Position numbers and translations under genes: made by a program
Notes under the pieces: model-generated
Seen by the model: only the letters and a program-made list of their open reading frames with translations
What the model was told of the DNA's origin: nothing
Database searches by the model: none
Shown here: positions 26,632 to 36,323 of the stretch, piece by piece
Layout of the letters: every line of letters starts with the position of its first letter
Numbering within the stretch: the first letter of the stretch is position 1
Source of the DNA: an uncultured Saprospiraceae bacterium
GTDB lineage: Bacteria; Bacteroidota; Bacteroidia; Chitinophagales; Saprospiraceae
Reading direction: 5' to 3'
Assembly: GCA_964396995.1 (NCBI GenBank)
Contig: CAYNIG010000001.1
Span: 13,632-61,193 of the forward strand
DNA: 47,562 nt

Positions 26632-28056
26632 ATGTCGATTCATAGATCTGTGATCCGTCTCTTTTTAATATCCATCATTTTTTATAGTCTTTCCATTCCG
26701 GCTTTTGCACAACGCAGGCCCAATATTCTTTTCATTTTAGTAGACGATATGCGCTTTGATGATTATCATCTTGGCGGGCATAATTTTGTCGAGACCCCCA
26801 ATATAGACCGGCTGGCGAAAGAAGGAGTACAGTTCAGAAATATGTTTTGTACCACACCTTTATGCTCACCCAGCAGGGCGGCTTTTTTAACCGGGCAGTA
26901 TGCGCATCATAATGGAATCATAGATAATACGGCAAAGGATAAGCTCAGTCATGAGCTCATGACCTTTCCGCGAATCTTGAAAGAAAAAGCCGGGTATCAA
27001 ACTGCTTTCATCGGCAAATGGCATATGGGTAATGACGATTCAAAACGACCGGGATTTGATTACTGGATAGGTATGCCCGGTCAGGGCGAAGCCATTGATC
27101 CACTGTTAAATATAAATGGAATACGGCAGCGGGTAAAAGGATATGTAACGGATTTGTTTACTGGTTACGCAATTGATTTCCTGGAAAAAAAAGCGGATAA
27201 ATCCGTTGTTTTATACTTATCGCACAAAGCTTTACACCCCAATGTAATACAACGCGATGACGGATCGGTAGTCAATATAGGAGAAGGGGAATTTATTGCA
27301 GCCGAAAGACATAAGTCAAAATATCACGATAAGATTTTTACCAAACGACCCAACTATGGAATAAGCCCGACTGACAAACCTGCTTTGATGCGCACTATTG
27401 GTGACCTGCCACCACTTAGCATTCATACCGTCACTGCCGAAAAAACTATTCGCGACAGAGCGGAAATGCTGTTGGCCATCGATGAGGGTCTTGGTCGAAT
27501 ACGGGAATACCTCAGCCAAAAAGGAATACTGGACAATACTATAATAGTGCTTACCGGTGACAATGGATATTGGTATGGTGAACATGGCTTGAATGAAGAA
27601 AGGCGACTGGCTTATGAAGAAGGAATCAGAATACCACTTATCATACGATACCCTCCCCGTATCAAACCAGGAACTGAAATCAAAGAATTGGTACAAAACA
27701 TAGACCTGGCTCCTAGCCTACTTTCTATGTGCAATATCGTACCTCCTGCTAATTTGGATGGCCGATCAGTAGAACCTCTGTTTGCCGATAAAAAAAATGA
27801 TTGGAGAAAAGAATTATTTTTCGAGTATTATTCCGATATCGTATTTCCCAGGGTACAAAATATGGGCTACAAAGCAATACGAACAGATAGGTATAAATAC
27901 ATACGATATCACCGACTGGAAGGAATGGACGAAGTGTACGATCTGAAAAAAGATCCCTATGAACTGGAAAATATACACAATAGCAATAAAGGAAAGAAAA
28001 TACGAATGAAATACGAATCCAGGCTCAAATCATTTGGATTAACTAATGCCCGATAA
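26632..28056 (+). CDS. sulfatase (formylglycine-dependent arylsulfatase/glycosaminoglycan-sulfatase family), secreted
   Basis: Signal peptide. NILFILVDDMRFDD metal-binding start. CSPSR formylglycine motif (TPLCSPSRAAFLTGQ). GKWHMG. LTGDNGYWYGEHG. ATG at 26632 is preferred over the TTG at 26623. Confidence 0.9.
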   Translation: MSIHRSVIRLFLISIIFYSLSIPAFAQRRPNILFILVDDMRFDDYHLGGHNFVETPNIDRLAKEGVQFRNMFCTTPLCSPSRAAFLTGQYAHHNGIIDNTAKDKLSHELMTFPRILKEKAGYQTAFIGKWHMGNDDSKRPGFDYWIGMPGQGEAIDPLLNINGIRQRVKGYVTDLFTGYAIDFLEKKADKSVVLYLSHKALHPNVIQRDDGSVVNIGEGEFIAAERHKSKYHDKIFTKRPNYGISPTDKPALMRTIGDLPPLSIHTVTAEKTIRDRAEMLLAIDEGLGRIREYLSQKGILDNTIIVLTGDNGYWYGEHGLNEERRLAYEEGIRIPLIIRYPPRIKPGTEIKELVQNIDLAPSLLSMCNIVPPANLDGRSVEPLFADKKNDWRKELFFEYYSDIVFPRVQNMGYKAIRTDRYKYIRYHRLEGMDEVYDLKKDPYELENIHNSNKGKKIRMKYESRLKSFGLTNAR

Positions 28057-28807
28057 AAAAGGTGAAATGGCAGAGGAGCAAGTTTCTAACAATTATACTG
28101 AATTAAAGTCCGATAAGATTTTATTTACCTTAGATAGACTGTATCACCGGATTATTGAACGATTTCCGGACTCAGGCTTGTCACAGGTATGTGTTGAATT
28201 TAAATTATTGGCGAGGGAACTGGAGTCAGTAGCTACCCAATATGCCAAACCCATGAAATGGCTCCGAATGGGTATATTCATTACCATTGCTTTACTGGTG
28301 ACCATGCTGATCATGGCGGTCCTTTTTTCATATAATGCCATTACTTCCACCACTGATAATTTGATCAGTCTTTCAAGGCCCACTGTCTTTTTTCAGACCA
28401 TCGAATCCATTATCAATGACCTGATCTTTTTTTCACTGGCAATTTATTTCCTGCTTTCATTGGAAATCAGGATCAAACGAAGAAAAACACTGAAAGCCAT
28501 CCATAAGCTTCGTAGCCTGGCACATGTAATAGATATGCACCAGCTCACTAAAGATCCGGTCGTCATCACCAATCCACACCCTACTGAGTCATCACCTTAC
28601 CGGAGTATGACTCCGTTTGAACTCATTCGATATCTGGATTATTGCAGTGAAATGCTTTCGATCATCAGCAAGATCGGTGCCTTGTTTTCACAAAATATTT
28701 CAGACGAAGTAATACATGAACAGGTAAATGATTTAAATAATCTTACACAGGGGTTGAGCGCCAAGATCTGGCAAAAGATCATGATCATGGAAGATGACGC
28801 AGGATAA
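28046..28807 (+). CDS. hypothetical 2-TM membrane protein, overlaps the sulfatase stop by 11 nt
   Basis: 253 aa. Two hydrophobic helices (MGIFITIALLVTMLIMAVLF; LIFFSLAIYFLLSL). The ATG at 28046 lies inside the sulfatase 3' end. No recognisable motif. Confidence 0.5.
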   Translation: MPDKKGEMAEEQVSNNYTELKSDKILFTLDRLYHRIIERFPDSGLSQVCVEFKLLARELESVATQYAKPMKWLRMGIFITIALLVTMLIMAVLFSYNAITSTTDNLISLSRPTVFFQTIESIINDLIFFSLAIYFLLSLEIRIKRRKTLKAIHKLRSLAHVIDMHQLTKDPVVITNPHPTESSPYRSMTPFELIRYLDYCSEMLSIISKIGALFSQNISDEVIHEQVNDLNNLTQGLSAKIWQKIMIMEDDAG

Positions 28808-28857
28808 AATGGATCACACAGTGAATTTAAATTAAAGCATAGAATTCAAAACATTTA

Positions 28858-28925
28858 AACCTCTTTCTTTCCCTGCCCCAAATTGGCCAATACCATTCTA
28901 TATTAATCCATTTACACGGCAAATC
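28858..28925. repeat. diverged copy of the AlkB 3'-end/downstream segment
   Basis: ccccaaattggccaataccattctatattaatccatttacacggcaaatc aligns with acccaaatttgccaataccattctacattatattaatcaatttgcaccgaaattc at 29127-29181. Confidence 0.6.
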
Positions 28926-29107
28926 TGGTCTTGGACTTAGACATTTATCGTCATAGGAACCAAACTATTAAGCAGCAGATCAATAAATTTTAATCACCCA
29001 TTTCCTGTTTATTCATGGCTTCGGTGATTAAGTTGTGTTCAAATGCCAAGAGTGTGGTTCCCAAAAAACACCTTATTTTAAGGGACAGGGAAAATACCCT
29101 AGTGTCA

Positions 29108-29181
29108 ACCATACTTTCTTCCCATGACCCAAATTTGCCAATACCATTCTACATTATATTAATCAATTTGCACCGAAATTC
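29108..29181. repeat. master copy of the above repeat; includes the last codons and stop of alkB
   Basis: Same alignment. 29163-29181 encodes ...NFGAN* on the minus strand. Confidence 0.6.
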
Positions 29182-30182
29182 AATCTCGGGTTCATGATTT
29201 TAAACCACAGACCAGGCATCAATGCCAATATTATTGATGCCGGATAGCCATAAGCCATTTTGGGACTGCGGTGAGATGCCTGCAGCGTTTGATATGGTTT
29301 GGAGGCATTGGTGTGATGATCTGCATGACGGGTGAGTTCGTATAAAAATATCCGACCCAGTGGCTGATCGGCATCCCATGAAAGTCCCTCATGTACCGGG
29401 TCGGCAGGTTTCCTGAGCAATCCATAATGCTCTATATAGTTTACACTTTCAAGGAATAATAGTCCTATGATTCCAACCAGTGTTATCATCGCGGCTACAT
29501 ACAGATTAAAAACAAAAATGAAAAATCCTATATAGGCAAAAGTGGAGAATAAAAACAAGATCATTACATTATCTGTACTCCATACTTTTTTATGTTGTAA
29601 TCCAAGCCTGTCTTTTTCAATAGCCCATGCATGGACATAGGAGTCTTTTACTGATCGCAGCCAAAAAGAATAAATGGTTTCATTCTTACGCGCAGTAGCC
29701 GGATCATCTAAAGTAGCAATGTAACGGTGATGCCCTTTATTATGTTCTATAAAAAAATGCAGATAATGTGATGGAAGCAACAAAGCCCACGACATCCAAT
29801 GATGAATCTTTTCCTTTCTATGCCCCAGCTCGTGAGCTACATTGATGCCGGATGTGCCGAGAATCAATCCCACATTGAGCAACAACCCGATATGCTCATA
29901 CCATAAAAGATCGTTTGTATAAATCGTATAGGCGTAATAAAATAACAAAGCATACACAATAGGAATATTGAGATATAAAAACAAGTCGTGCAAAAAGGAT
30001 TGTTTTAACTCCCCGGTCGGAGAATCATCGATATCCGGATTGTGGTAAAAAAGTCCTTCCACTAACGGTATAAAAAGAAAACCAATATAAATAGATCCAA
30101 ATGACCACCATCCTTTGAAATACATACCCGCAAAAGCACTGATCGGAGCCAGGTATGCGATGAGGTATTTGTAACGGTGCAT
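29163..30182 (-). CDS. alkB: alkane 1-monooxygenase-type integral-membrane di-iron hydroxylase
   Basis: All four canonical AlkB histidine boxes are present: HELGHR, EHNKGHH, NYIEHYGL and LTRHADHH. Multiple TM helices. Confidence 0.8.
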   Translation of the reverse strand: MHRYKYLIAYLAPISAFAGMYFKGWWSFGSIYIGFLFIPLVEGLFYHNPDIDDSPTGELKQSFLHDLFLYLNIPIVYALLFYYAYTIYTNDLLWYEHIGLLLNVGLILGTSGINVAHELGHRKEKIHHWMSWALLLPSHYLHFFIEHNKGHHRYIATLDDPATARKNETIYSFWLRSVKDSYVHAWAIEKDRLGLQHKKVWSTDNVMILFLFSTFAYIGFFIFVFNLYVAAMITLVGIIGLLFLESVNYIEHYGLLRKPADPVHEGLSWDADQPLGRIFLYELTRHADHHTNASKPYQTLQASHRSPKMAYGYPASIILALMPGLWFKIMNPRLNFGAN

Positions 30183-30239
30183 AATATTGGTAAATCAAAA
30201 ATAAACAAATTCGTTTTCCCGTTTAAAAAATACAACAAG

Positions 30240-31208
30240 TTACCTGGTCTTTTTACTGTACACTCCAAATACATAATCGGATTTGTTTTTTTTCAGGTAT
30301 TCATCTTCTATATCAAATAATTTTTCCAACTCACTATCCTCTGTTACGAAATGGTGAGCAATATGTTTCAGTGCCGGCATAAGCAAATTGCCGCCCAAAG
30401 GTTTTTCTTCTGATACGACAAAATAGGTATGAAAAACAGGCAGTATATTTTCAGATTCTATGCATTCTGACGGATCAGAAAAAAGCATTCTCCATTTGCC
30501 CAGGCGGTACGATCGTGTTTTAATGATATGGGTAAATGCAATCTTCCTTTTTTGTTCCGGTAAATAGGCGAGCAGAGCACTGCTTTCCTTTATTTGACTG
30601 ACCGGGAAATTCATTCTGTTTGGCCCTGCATATTCATTGAGAATTACCAATCCATTTTTTCTCAGTGCCGGTACAATTTTATTTTTGATAAAAGAATCAA
30701 TAGAATGAAGATGATGTAAAGAAGCATTGAATAAAAAATAATCTATTGATCCGGTATCAAAATGAAGCTGATGTGCATCGGCTTTTACAAAAGAAATATT
30801 TTTTACGCCTGCTTTTAATGCTTCAGCTCTTCCTTCGTTCAGCAATGATTCAGCCAGGTCATACCCGATTATACGCAACCGGGGATTCAGTGCAGCTAAT
30901 TTTATTTCATGATTGCCTGTACCACACCCTATGGAGATCAATACTTTGCCTTCTGTATCTTTCAAATAGTTCATGGTGATGTATGCTTCATAGGATGTGT
31001 TTTCGTCTCCGCTGATTTTTTTATTCATTCGCTTCCGGATAGAGGGTATGATCCACCAATTGGAGTGAATAAAATCATTTTCAAAACTGGAGAGGGTACG
31101 CCGCTGGTTATTCCATTGAAACTTACTCAGGATAAATGGCAATCCCCGCTGTTTAAATTTTATCCATGTTTCTATGAGATCATCCCAATACAATAGTCCG
31201 CTAAACAT
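30240..31208 (-). CDS. class I SAM-dependent methyltransferase
   Basis: Motif I VLISIGCGTGNHE, an acidic residue after beta-2 (IIGYDLAE), and motif IV-like FNASLHH. Confidence 0.7.
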   Translation of the reverse strand: MFSGLLYWDDLIETWIKFKQRGLPFILSKFQWNNQRRTLSSFENDFIHSNWWIIPSIRKRMNKKISGDENTSYEAYITMNYLKDTEGKVLISIGCGTGNHEIKLAALNPRLRIIGYDLAESLLNEGRAEALKAGVKNISFVKADAHQLHFDTGSIDYFLFNASLHHLHSIDSFIKNKIVPALRKNGLVILNEYAGPNRMNFPVSQIKESSALLAYLPEQKRKIAFTHIIKTRSYRLGKWRMLFSDPSECIESENILPVFHTYFVVSEEKPLGGNLLMPALKHIAHHFVTEDSELEKLFDIEDEYLKKNKSDYVFGVYSKKTR

Positions 31209-31214
31209 GACGGG

Positions 31215-33629
31215 TTATCTTACTATTGCAATTTTAATATTCCGCGTATCGGGACTCTCAAATCCATCTCCTGCACTGATCCAGGCTACGTAGATGCCAC
31301 TGGCCACTTTTTTTCCTTTGATATCGAGACCATCCCAGGTATAGATACCACCATTTGATTTGCCCTGATTCACTATCTGGCCGGCAAAATCAGTAATTTT
31401 TACTGTGCTGTTTCGCCTCATTCCCTGTATGGTGATGATGCCGTTGTATTCCGGTCGCACGGGATTAGGAAAAGCATAGATATCGGAGAATTCATTATTG
31501 CGACTACCTGAGGTGGCATCTATTCTCAAAGATTGCAATCCGGCGCCGGTACCAATATACATCTCGCCTTTTTCAGCATGATAGCGAAGTGCCGTGATCA
31601 GGTTATCGTATAAAGGGCTATTGTCTTTGGTATACCTGGCTACCAATGCATCTCCCGCAGCAGATATCACCGTGATGCCATTTCGCGTACCAAACCATTT
31701 TCTATTGGCACCGTCGATGGCTATGCATTGAATATCTTCATTTTCCAGTAAGCTGCCGCCCAGATCGAGTTGTACAATAATTCGTTTTGATCCTTTACAT
31801 GATGCATCGAATACATCTCCACATTCAAATACGAATACTCCATTCGCAGTACCCACCCATACCGATCCATCGAGATCTGTAGCAATTGCATTTATATTAT
31901 TGGAGGTAAGTACACTATTGCCATTATTAAAGAGTTTGTATTGGTCATCGCTTGTATTATTCAGATCATCACCCGGATTAAAAGCCAATAATCCCTGCCC
32001 GATTACCGAAAACCAAATCGTATTAGCGGAATCACTGGCACAGGCAAGCAAAGTGGTATTGGTATTGGTTGCAAAATTTTTCCAGGTTCCAGAAGAAGTA
32101 AATACGGAAATGGGTTTTTCAGCAAGATAATTGGTCATCCATAGATTACCCTTTCGGTCATAGGTAAGTCCTCCTACACGGGTGCGGGTAGCGTCCCCTA
32201 CGGCTCCTTGCAGACTGCTGTTGGTCTTATCAAATACTTTTATTACAGGTTTTGCAGGCTCTTTCATATCACATTGCATAAGCCCTCCCCAATAAGTACC
32301 TATGTATAATAAACCCGTCCTGGGATCAATATTCATCTTAAACAGGTCTACCAGATCATAAGCCTGCATTACGGCATTATTCCCTCTGTTATATACCCGC
32401 CAATCACCATCAGCATACGAAAAAAAACCATCCCCTCTGAACAGATAACCATACGATGCATTGATCCCTCCTGATGCGACATAGATACGATCACCCTGTA
32501 AAGCGATATCGGTAGAAAAGGCAGATAGCGGAGTATTAAAATATTTAAATGAACAGGGATCAGTAATCTTTGCATTCGACCTGAATGCTTGGAAACGATC
32601 TGCAAACCATCCGCGGTTTTTATCATCCAGTATAGCATAAATGGGTCTGGGCACGCAGGAAACATCCAATGTGTTTACAGTGGAACTCTTATCGATAGAA
32701 TACAATTTCCCATCGCAATCACTTTTACAACGATATCCTGCAAGCAGCAGATCTTTATTGCTACTCAGATATTGAATCGTATGATTGGATGAATTTTCTT
32801 TATAAACAGGCGTACGTGAAATACCATCAAATGAATATATGGTCTGATCCTGTACCGTGTATAAAAAGCCATTAAACACAGCCAGGGCGGCATAAGTCTC
32901 CGATCCGAATACAGATACGGCACTCCATTGCCCAAAATCACTCGGATTGGTTTTTGCTTTATCTATTGAATAAATACCGGTTTCTGTAGCTATATAAATC
33001 AGATTTTTATACAATGACGCTTCGTATACCGGTATGCCCGTGAAGGCAGTAAAGCCAAATTCATCTCGCTTGAGGTTGAGTTCCACTATACCAAAACCAC
33101 ATGCCAGGTAGGCAAAGTCAGAATCCGGTGAGGTATAGATCCGGTTGATAATTTTATCGCCGAGTATTTTGGTATTGCGGACGATATCCGGTAGGTTGAT
33201 TACTTTATTGGTTTTGGGATCATAGATATCAATATTGCTGTTGCGATAGGCGATGATCAGGCGATTGGTTTTGCTGTCCCATGCCATTGTCTGCACACTG
33301 ATATCACTCAATCCGGATACTTTAGTTACAAACTTTATTTCTTCATTCGATTTATTGATCAGTACCAGGCCACCATTGCTTCCAAAAAATACATAATCGG
33401 GGCTCTGGGCTACAAAATTGCCGGTAGAATGAGACATATAACTTGTCCACTCTCCAATTCTTTTAGCAGATTGTGAAAACGATACTGTAGCAGGGAAAAG
33501 CATAAGCATAATAATGAATGCCAATGCATTTTCAACTATTTTTCTGCAACCATAAATCGTGCTTGCAGAATGCTCTGGGATTAAGATTAGTGAAGGTTTG
33601 TTCAGCACGGAATACTGTATAAAACGCAA
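31215..33629 (-). CDS. PorZ-like T9SS component / two-component-regulator-propeller protein with C-terminal sorting domain
   Basis: Two propeller regions. The C-terminus YAFPNPVRPEYNGIITIQGMRRNSTVKITDFAGQIVNQGKSNGGIYTWDGLDIKGKKVASGIYVAWIS resembles my recollection of flavobacterial PorZ tails. The start is uncertain (TTG in the ORF track; ATG at 33509 possible). Confidence 0.55.
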   Translation of the reverse strand: MRFIQYSVLNKPSLILIPEHSASTIYGCRKIVENALAFIIMLMLFPATVSFSQSAKRIGEWTSYMSHSTGNFVAQSPDYVFFGSNGGLVLINKSNEEIKFVTKVSGLSDISVQTMAWDSKTNRLIIAYRNSNIDIYDPKTNKVINLPDIVRNTKILGDKIINRIYTSPDSDFAYLACGFGIVELNLKRDEFGFTAFTGIPVYEASLYKNLIYIATETGIYSIDKAKTNPSDFGQWSAVSVFGSETYAALAVFNGFLYTVQDQTIYSFDGISRTPVYKENSSNHTIQYLSSNKDLLLAGYRCKSDCDGKLYSIDKSSTVNTLDVSCVPRPIYAILDDKNRGWFADRFQAFRSNAKITDPCSFKYFNTPLSAFSTDIALQGDRIYVASGGINASYGYLFRGDGFFSYADGDWRVYNRGNNAVMQAYDLVDLFKMNIDPRTGLLYIGTYWGGLMQCDMKEPAKPVIKVFDKTNSSLQGAVGDATRTRVGGLTYDRKGNLWMTNYLAEKPISVFTSSGTWKNFATNTNTTLLACASDSANTIWFSVIGQGLLAFNPGDDLNNTSDDQYKLFNNGNSVLTSNNINAIATDLDGSVWVGTANGVFVFECGDVFDASCKGSKRIIVQLDLGGSLLENEDIQCIAIDGANRKWFGTRNGITVISAAGDALVARYTKDNSPLYDNLITALRYHAEKGEMYIGTGAGLQSLRIDATSGSRNNEFSDIYAFPNPVRPEYNGIITIQGMRRNSTVKITDFAGQIVNQGKSNGGIYTWDGLDIKGKKVASGIYVAWISAGDGFESPDTRNIKIAIVR

Positions 33630-33942
33630 AAGTAAGGTGGATTGGTGTAAATGCCCTCATTTATTATGGATGTGCGGATAATCACATTATTGAACACTTC
33701 TCGCGGTAAATAAACGACTTAGTGATCATAGGAAGTTGAAAAACTTGCATAAAATGTAAAAAGGTAAATTGTAAGTATACCTTATTTGATTGACAAGCGT
33801 AAATCGGAATTGCAGAGCAATTCTTATTATGTGTCCTTTGTATAATAGTATATTTTAATCTTTATAAAATATCCCAAATAAACCATATGCCTATGTGTTT
33901 ATAAAGTCAGACAGTTTGTGTTATTTTAATGATATTTAGCAC

Positions 33943-34734
33943 ATGAAATCCTGTAGTTTCTTCCTATTGTTTTTTATTAGTCAGTCACTTTGTACTTCTG
34001 CTCAGATGATATGGCCGCACGGAGCCAAAGCAGCCATCGTGCTCAGCTATGATGATGGTATGCAGACGCATCTGACCACGGCTATTCCTCAACTTGATCA
34101 ATATGGCCTCAAGGGCACTTTCTTTATCAATAATATCACCGGCAGAAATGAAGCGGTGACCTGGATGACTGCTGCAAAACAAGGGCATGAACTCGCCAAT
34201 CATACTCTAAATCATCCTTGCCCGGCGGCTACAGGCAGCAGCTGGCCTGCCCATTTTACCACAGAGGTATACAGCGTACCTAGGTTTATAAATGAAATAC
34301 GCATCACCAATGATATTTTAAAAATAGTGGACCCAAATGCTAAATACACCACATTTGCTTATCCGTGTAATAATACTGTAGTAGGAAATACCGATATCAT
34401 AGCGGCAATCAAAAAATCAAAGCTGGTAAAATATGCCCGGGGAGGGGGTAAATCAATGCAGACAGTCACCGATTTTAAATCCTTACCTTCTCTTCATGTA
34501 CCTTCCTGGCCCATACCCGAAGGTACCTCATCGGATGTATTAATAGAATATGCCGCTAAAGTAAAAAGAGAGGGAGGCCTGGGCATCTATCAATTTCATG
34601 GCATCGGCGGCCAATGGATTCAAACCTCCAAAGAAGATCACGCAGCATTGCTTGCCTATTTATCTGCCCATAAAAGTGAATATTGGGTGGCTACCTTCAG
34701 AGAGGTGATGGATTATATAGTAAAAAATAAATGA
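33943..34734 (+). CDS. secreted polysaccharide deacetylase (CE4 family)
   Basis: Signal peptide. LSYDDG (motif 1) and HELANHTLNHP (motif 2, H-x-x-x-H). Confidence 0.8.
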   Translation: MKSCSFFLLFFISQSLCTSAQMIWPHGAKAAIVLSYDDGMQTHLTTAIPQLDQYGLKGTFFINNITGRNEAVTWMTAAKQGHELANHTLNHPCPAATGSSWPAHFTTEVYSVPRFINEIRITNDILKIVDPNAKYTTFAYPCNNTVVGNTDIIAAIKKSKLVKYARGGGKSMQTVTDFKSLPSLHVPSWPIPEGTSSDVLIEYAAKVKREGGLGIYQFHGIGGQWIQTSKEDHAALLAYLSAHKSEYWVATFREVMDYIVKNK

Positions 34735-34767
34735 ATCAAACGGGTCTCTGTTTTTTGTCTATACGAT

Positions 34768-35097
34768 TTACGCAATTCGTAATCCATTAGGCGTTTTTCT
34801 CTCCGGACATAATAATGTAATCACTTTATTTTCTCCAACCGTTCCCAGCACCAGGCATTCGGAGATAAAATTGGCGATTTGTTTGGGTGGAAAATTGATC
34901 ACCGCTATAATTTGTCGTCCTACTAATTCTTCTTTTTTATACAGATCCGTAATCTGCGCTGAACTTTTTTTAATACCCAACTCACCAAAGTCGATCACCA
35001 ACTGGTAAGCGGGTCTTTTGGCTTTTGGAAAATCATGGGCTTCCAGTATAGTGCCAACGCGCATTTCAACTTTTTCGAATTCCTCCCAGGTGAGCAT
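34768..35097 (-). CDS. csaA: tRNA-binding protein CsaA/YgjH type
   Basis: MLTWEEFEKVEMRVGTILEAHDFPKAKRPAYQLVIDFGELGIKKSSAQIT... is the classic OB-fold tRNA-binding domain. The ORF-track 5' extension runs into a repeat element and is rejected. Confidence 0.8.
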   Translation of the reverse strand: MLTWEEFEKVEMRVGTILEAHDFPKAKRPAYQLVIDFGELGIKKSSAQITDLYKKEELVGRQIIAVINFPPKQIANFISECLVLGTVGENKVITLLCPERKTPNGLRIA

Positions 35098-35168
35098 ATG
35101 GAATGGTTTGAGGGCAAAGATAAATGGATGGCCGACATAAAAGATACGAGGGACACAAAGGTGGCTCA

Positions 35169-35292
35169 AGCGAGGTAAGACTCGCCACAGGTCAGATTAA
35201 GGATGTATTAGCAATCTGCTAGAAGTGAGTGTGTCTCGCAAAATTTTTACCTCTTTGCTGATCCGTCCTTTAATCAAAGGCGAAAGGTTACC
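35169..35292. repeat. structured REP/MITE-like repeat, copy A (left flank of the TA islet)
   Basis: agcgaggtaagactcgccacaggt...gagtgtgtctcgcaaaatttttacctctttgctgatccgtcctttaatcaaaggcgaaagg recurs at 36752-36930. Confidence 0.75.
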
Positions 35293-35321
35293 TTACACTT
35301 TCAGTTTGAATAAGAAAACAG

Positions 35322-35329
35322 TACTTTTG
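35322..35329 (+). promoter_or_regulatory. -7 box TActTTTG upstream of the first TA module
   Basis: Exact TAnnTTTG match, 32 nt before the ATG at 35362. Confidence 0.35.
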
Positions 35330-35361
35330 TAAACTAAAATAATAAAGTAGACCAATTAAAT

Positions 35362-35580
35362 ATGAAAGTCATACTTGAAATTAAAGACAATAAAGCAAGC
35401 CATCTTTTAGAGGTACTCAAAGGACTATCCTATGTAAAAACCATCCCTATATTGGATGAAAAGGAATCCCGAAGGATCGGGATAAAAAATCAAATAAGGC
35501 AAGCAGTAAAGGAAGTGAAACTTGCCAAACAAGGAAAATTAAAATTAAAGACTGCAAGAGAACTTTATAATGAATTATAA
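35362..35580 (+). CDS. putative antitoxin (72 aa) of the first type II TA module
   Basis: Small and charged. It overlaps the downstream RelE/ParE-like gene by 11 nt (ATGAATTATAA). Confidence 0.55.
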   Translation: MKVILEIKDNKASHLLEVLKGLSYVKTIPILDEKESRRIGIKNQIRQAVKEVKLAKQGKLKLKTARELYNEL

Positions 35581-35899
35581 AGTATTGCCAATTCCCACTT
35601 TTGAAAAGCAGTTAAAGCAATTAAGTTCAAAGTATCCATCATTAAAAGAGGAATATTTGAGATTAATTGAAAAATTAGAGACTCATCCCGTTCAAGGCAT
35701 AAGTATTGGTAAAAGTTGCTATAAAATAAGATTGTCCATCGCCTCTAAAGGCAAGGGTAAAAGAGGTGGAGCCAGAGTAATTACTAATATCTCAATAGCA
35801 GGTAGCATCGTTTATTTGCTATCCATTTATGATAAATCTGAAAATGAAAATTTATCTGATGCTGAATTGAAAGAATTATTAAAACAATTGCCAGATTAA
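35570..35899 (+). CDS. RelE/ParE-superfamily toxin (109 aa)
   Basis: F.KQLK.L....P.L.......I..L...P, then CYKIRL...GKGKRGGARVITNI...IVYLLSIYDKSE, the typical RelE/HigB-like 'GG.RVI' family pattern. Confidence 0.7.
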   Translation: MNYKVLPIPTFEKQLKQLSSKYPSLKEEYLRLIEKLETHPVQGISIGKSCYKIRLSIASKGKGKRGGARVITNISIAGSIVYLLSIYDKSENENLSDAELKELLKQLPD

Positions 35900-36040
35900 T
35901 AATTACCCACATTGTCAGATCCTCAGTACAGCATTTCCTGCATCATATTTTTAAAAGCGAGGATACCTCAGGCATTCGGCTTTGCATAGACATATCTCAG
36001 AATATTTGGCTTTAAAAATGAGACAGGACTGCGGATAATT

Positions 36041-36048
36041 TACCTTTG
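36041..36048 (+). promoter_or_regulatory. -7 box TAccTTTG upstream of the second TA module
   Basis: Exact TAnnTTTG match, about 70 nt upstream of the ATG at 36117. Confidence 0.3.
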
Positions 36049-36116
36049 GCTTCAAAATTCATTAATTTTTGTTTTTACGAAACATTAGATTTTCAAAACT
36101 GCAAAATCAAAATAGT

Positions 36117-36323
36117 ATGCTTAACATACATCCGCAATATATTAAAGATGCTAATGGAAATAAATCCTTGGTTGTTCTTTCTGTTAAAGAGTTTGACACC
36201 ATTATGGAAGAACTCGAAGATTTAGAAGATATTAAACTCTATGATGAAGCCAAAAAAGAAGATACAGGTGAGCGCATAATATTTTCTGATTATTTAAAAA
36301 ACAGAAAAGCAAGAAATGCCTAA
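36117..36323 (+). CDS. antitoxin (68 aa) of the second TA module, intact
   Basis: MLNIHPQYIKDANGNKSLVVLSVKEFDTIMEELEDLEDIKLYDEAK... is a typical Bacteroidota antitoxin pattern. It overlaps the toxin start by 8 nt. The ORF-track start at 36069 is an extension. Confidence 0.6.
   Translation: MLNIHPQYIKDANGNKSLVVLSVKEFDTIMEELEDLEDIKLYDEAKKEDTGERIIFSDYLKNRKARNA

Noticed and set aside
18161-27325. Diversity-generating retroelement (template/variable repeat pair) as an explanation for the two sulfatase copies
   Set aside because: Mismatches are not adenine-specific (t/g, t/a, c/t, indels). One copy is clearly a pseudogene, and no reverse transcriptase is present.
35098-35169. 5' extension of the csaA ORF
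   Set aside because: The extension runs into REP-like repeat copy A. The conserved tRNA-binding domain starts right at the internal Met (35097).
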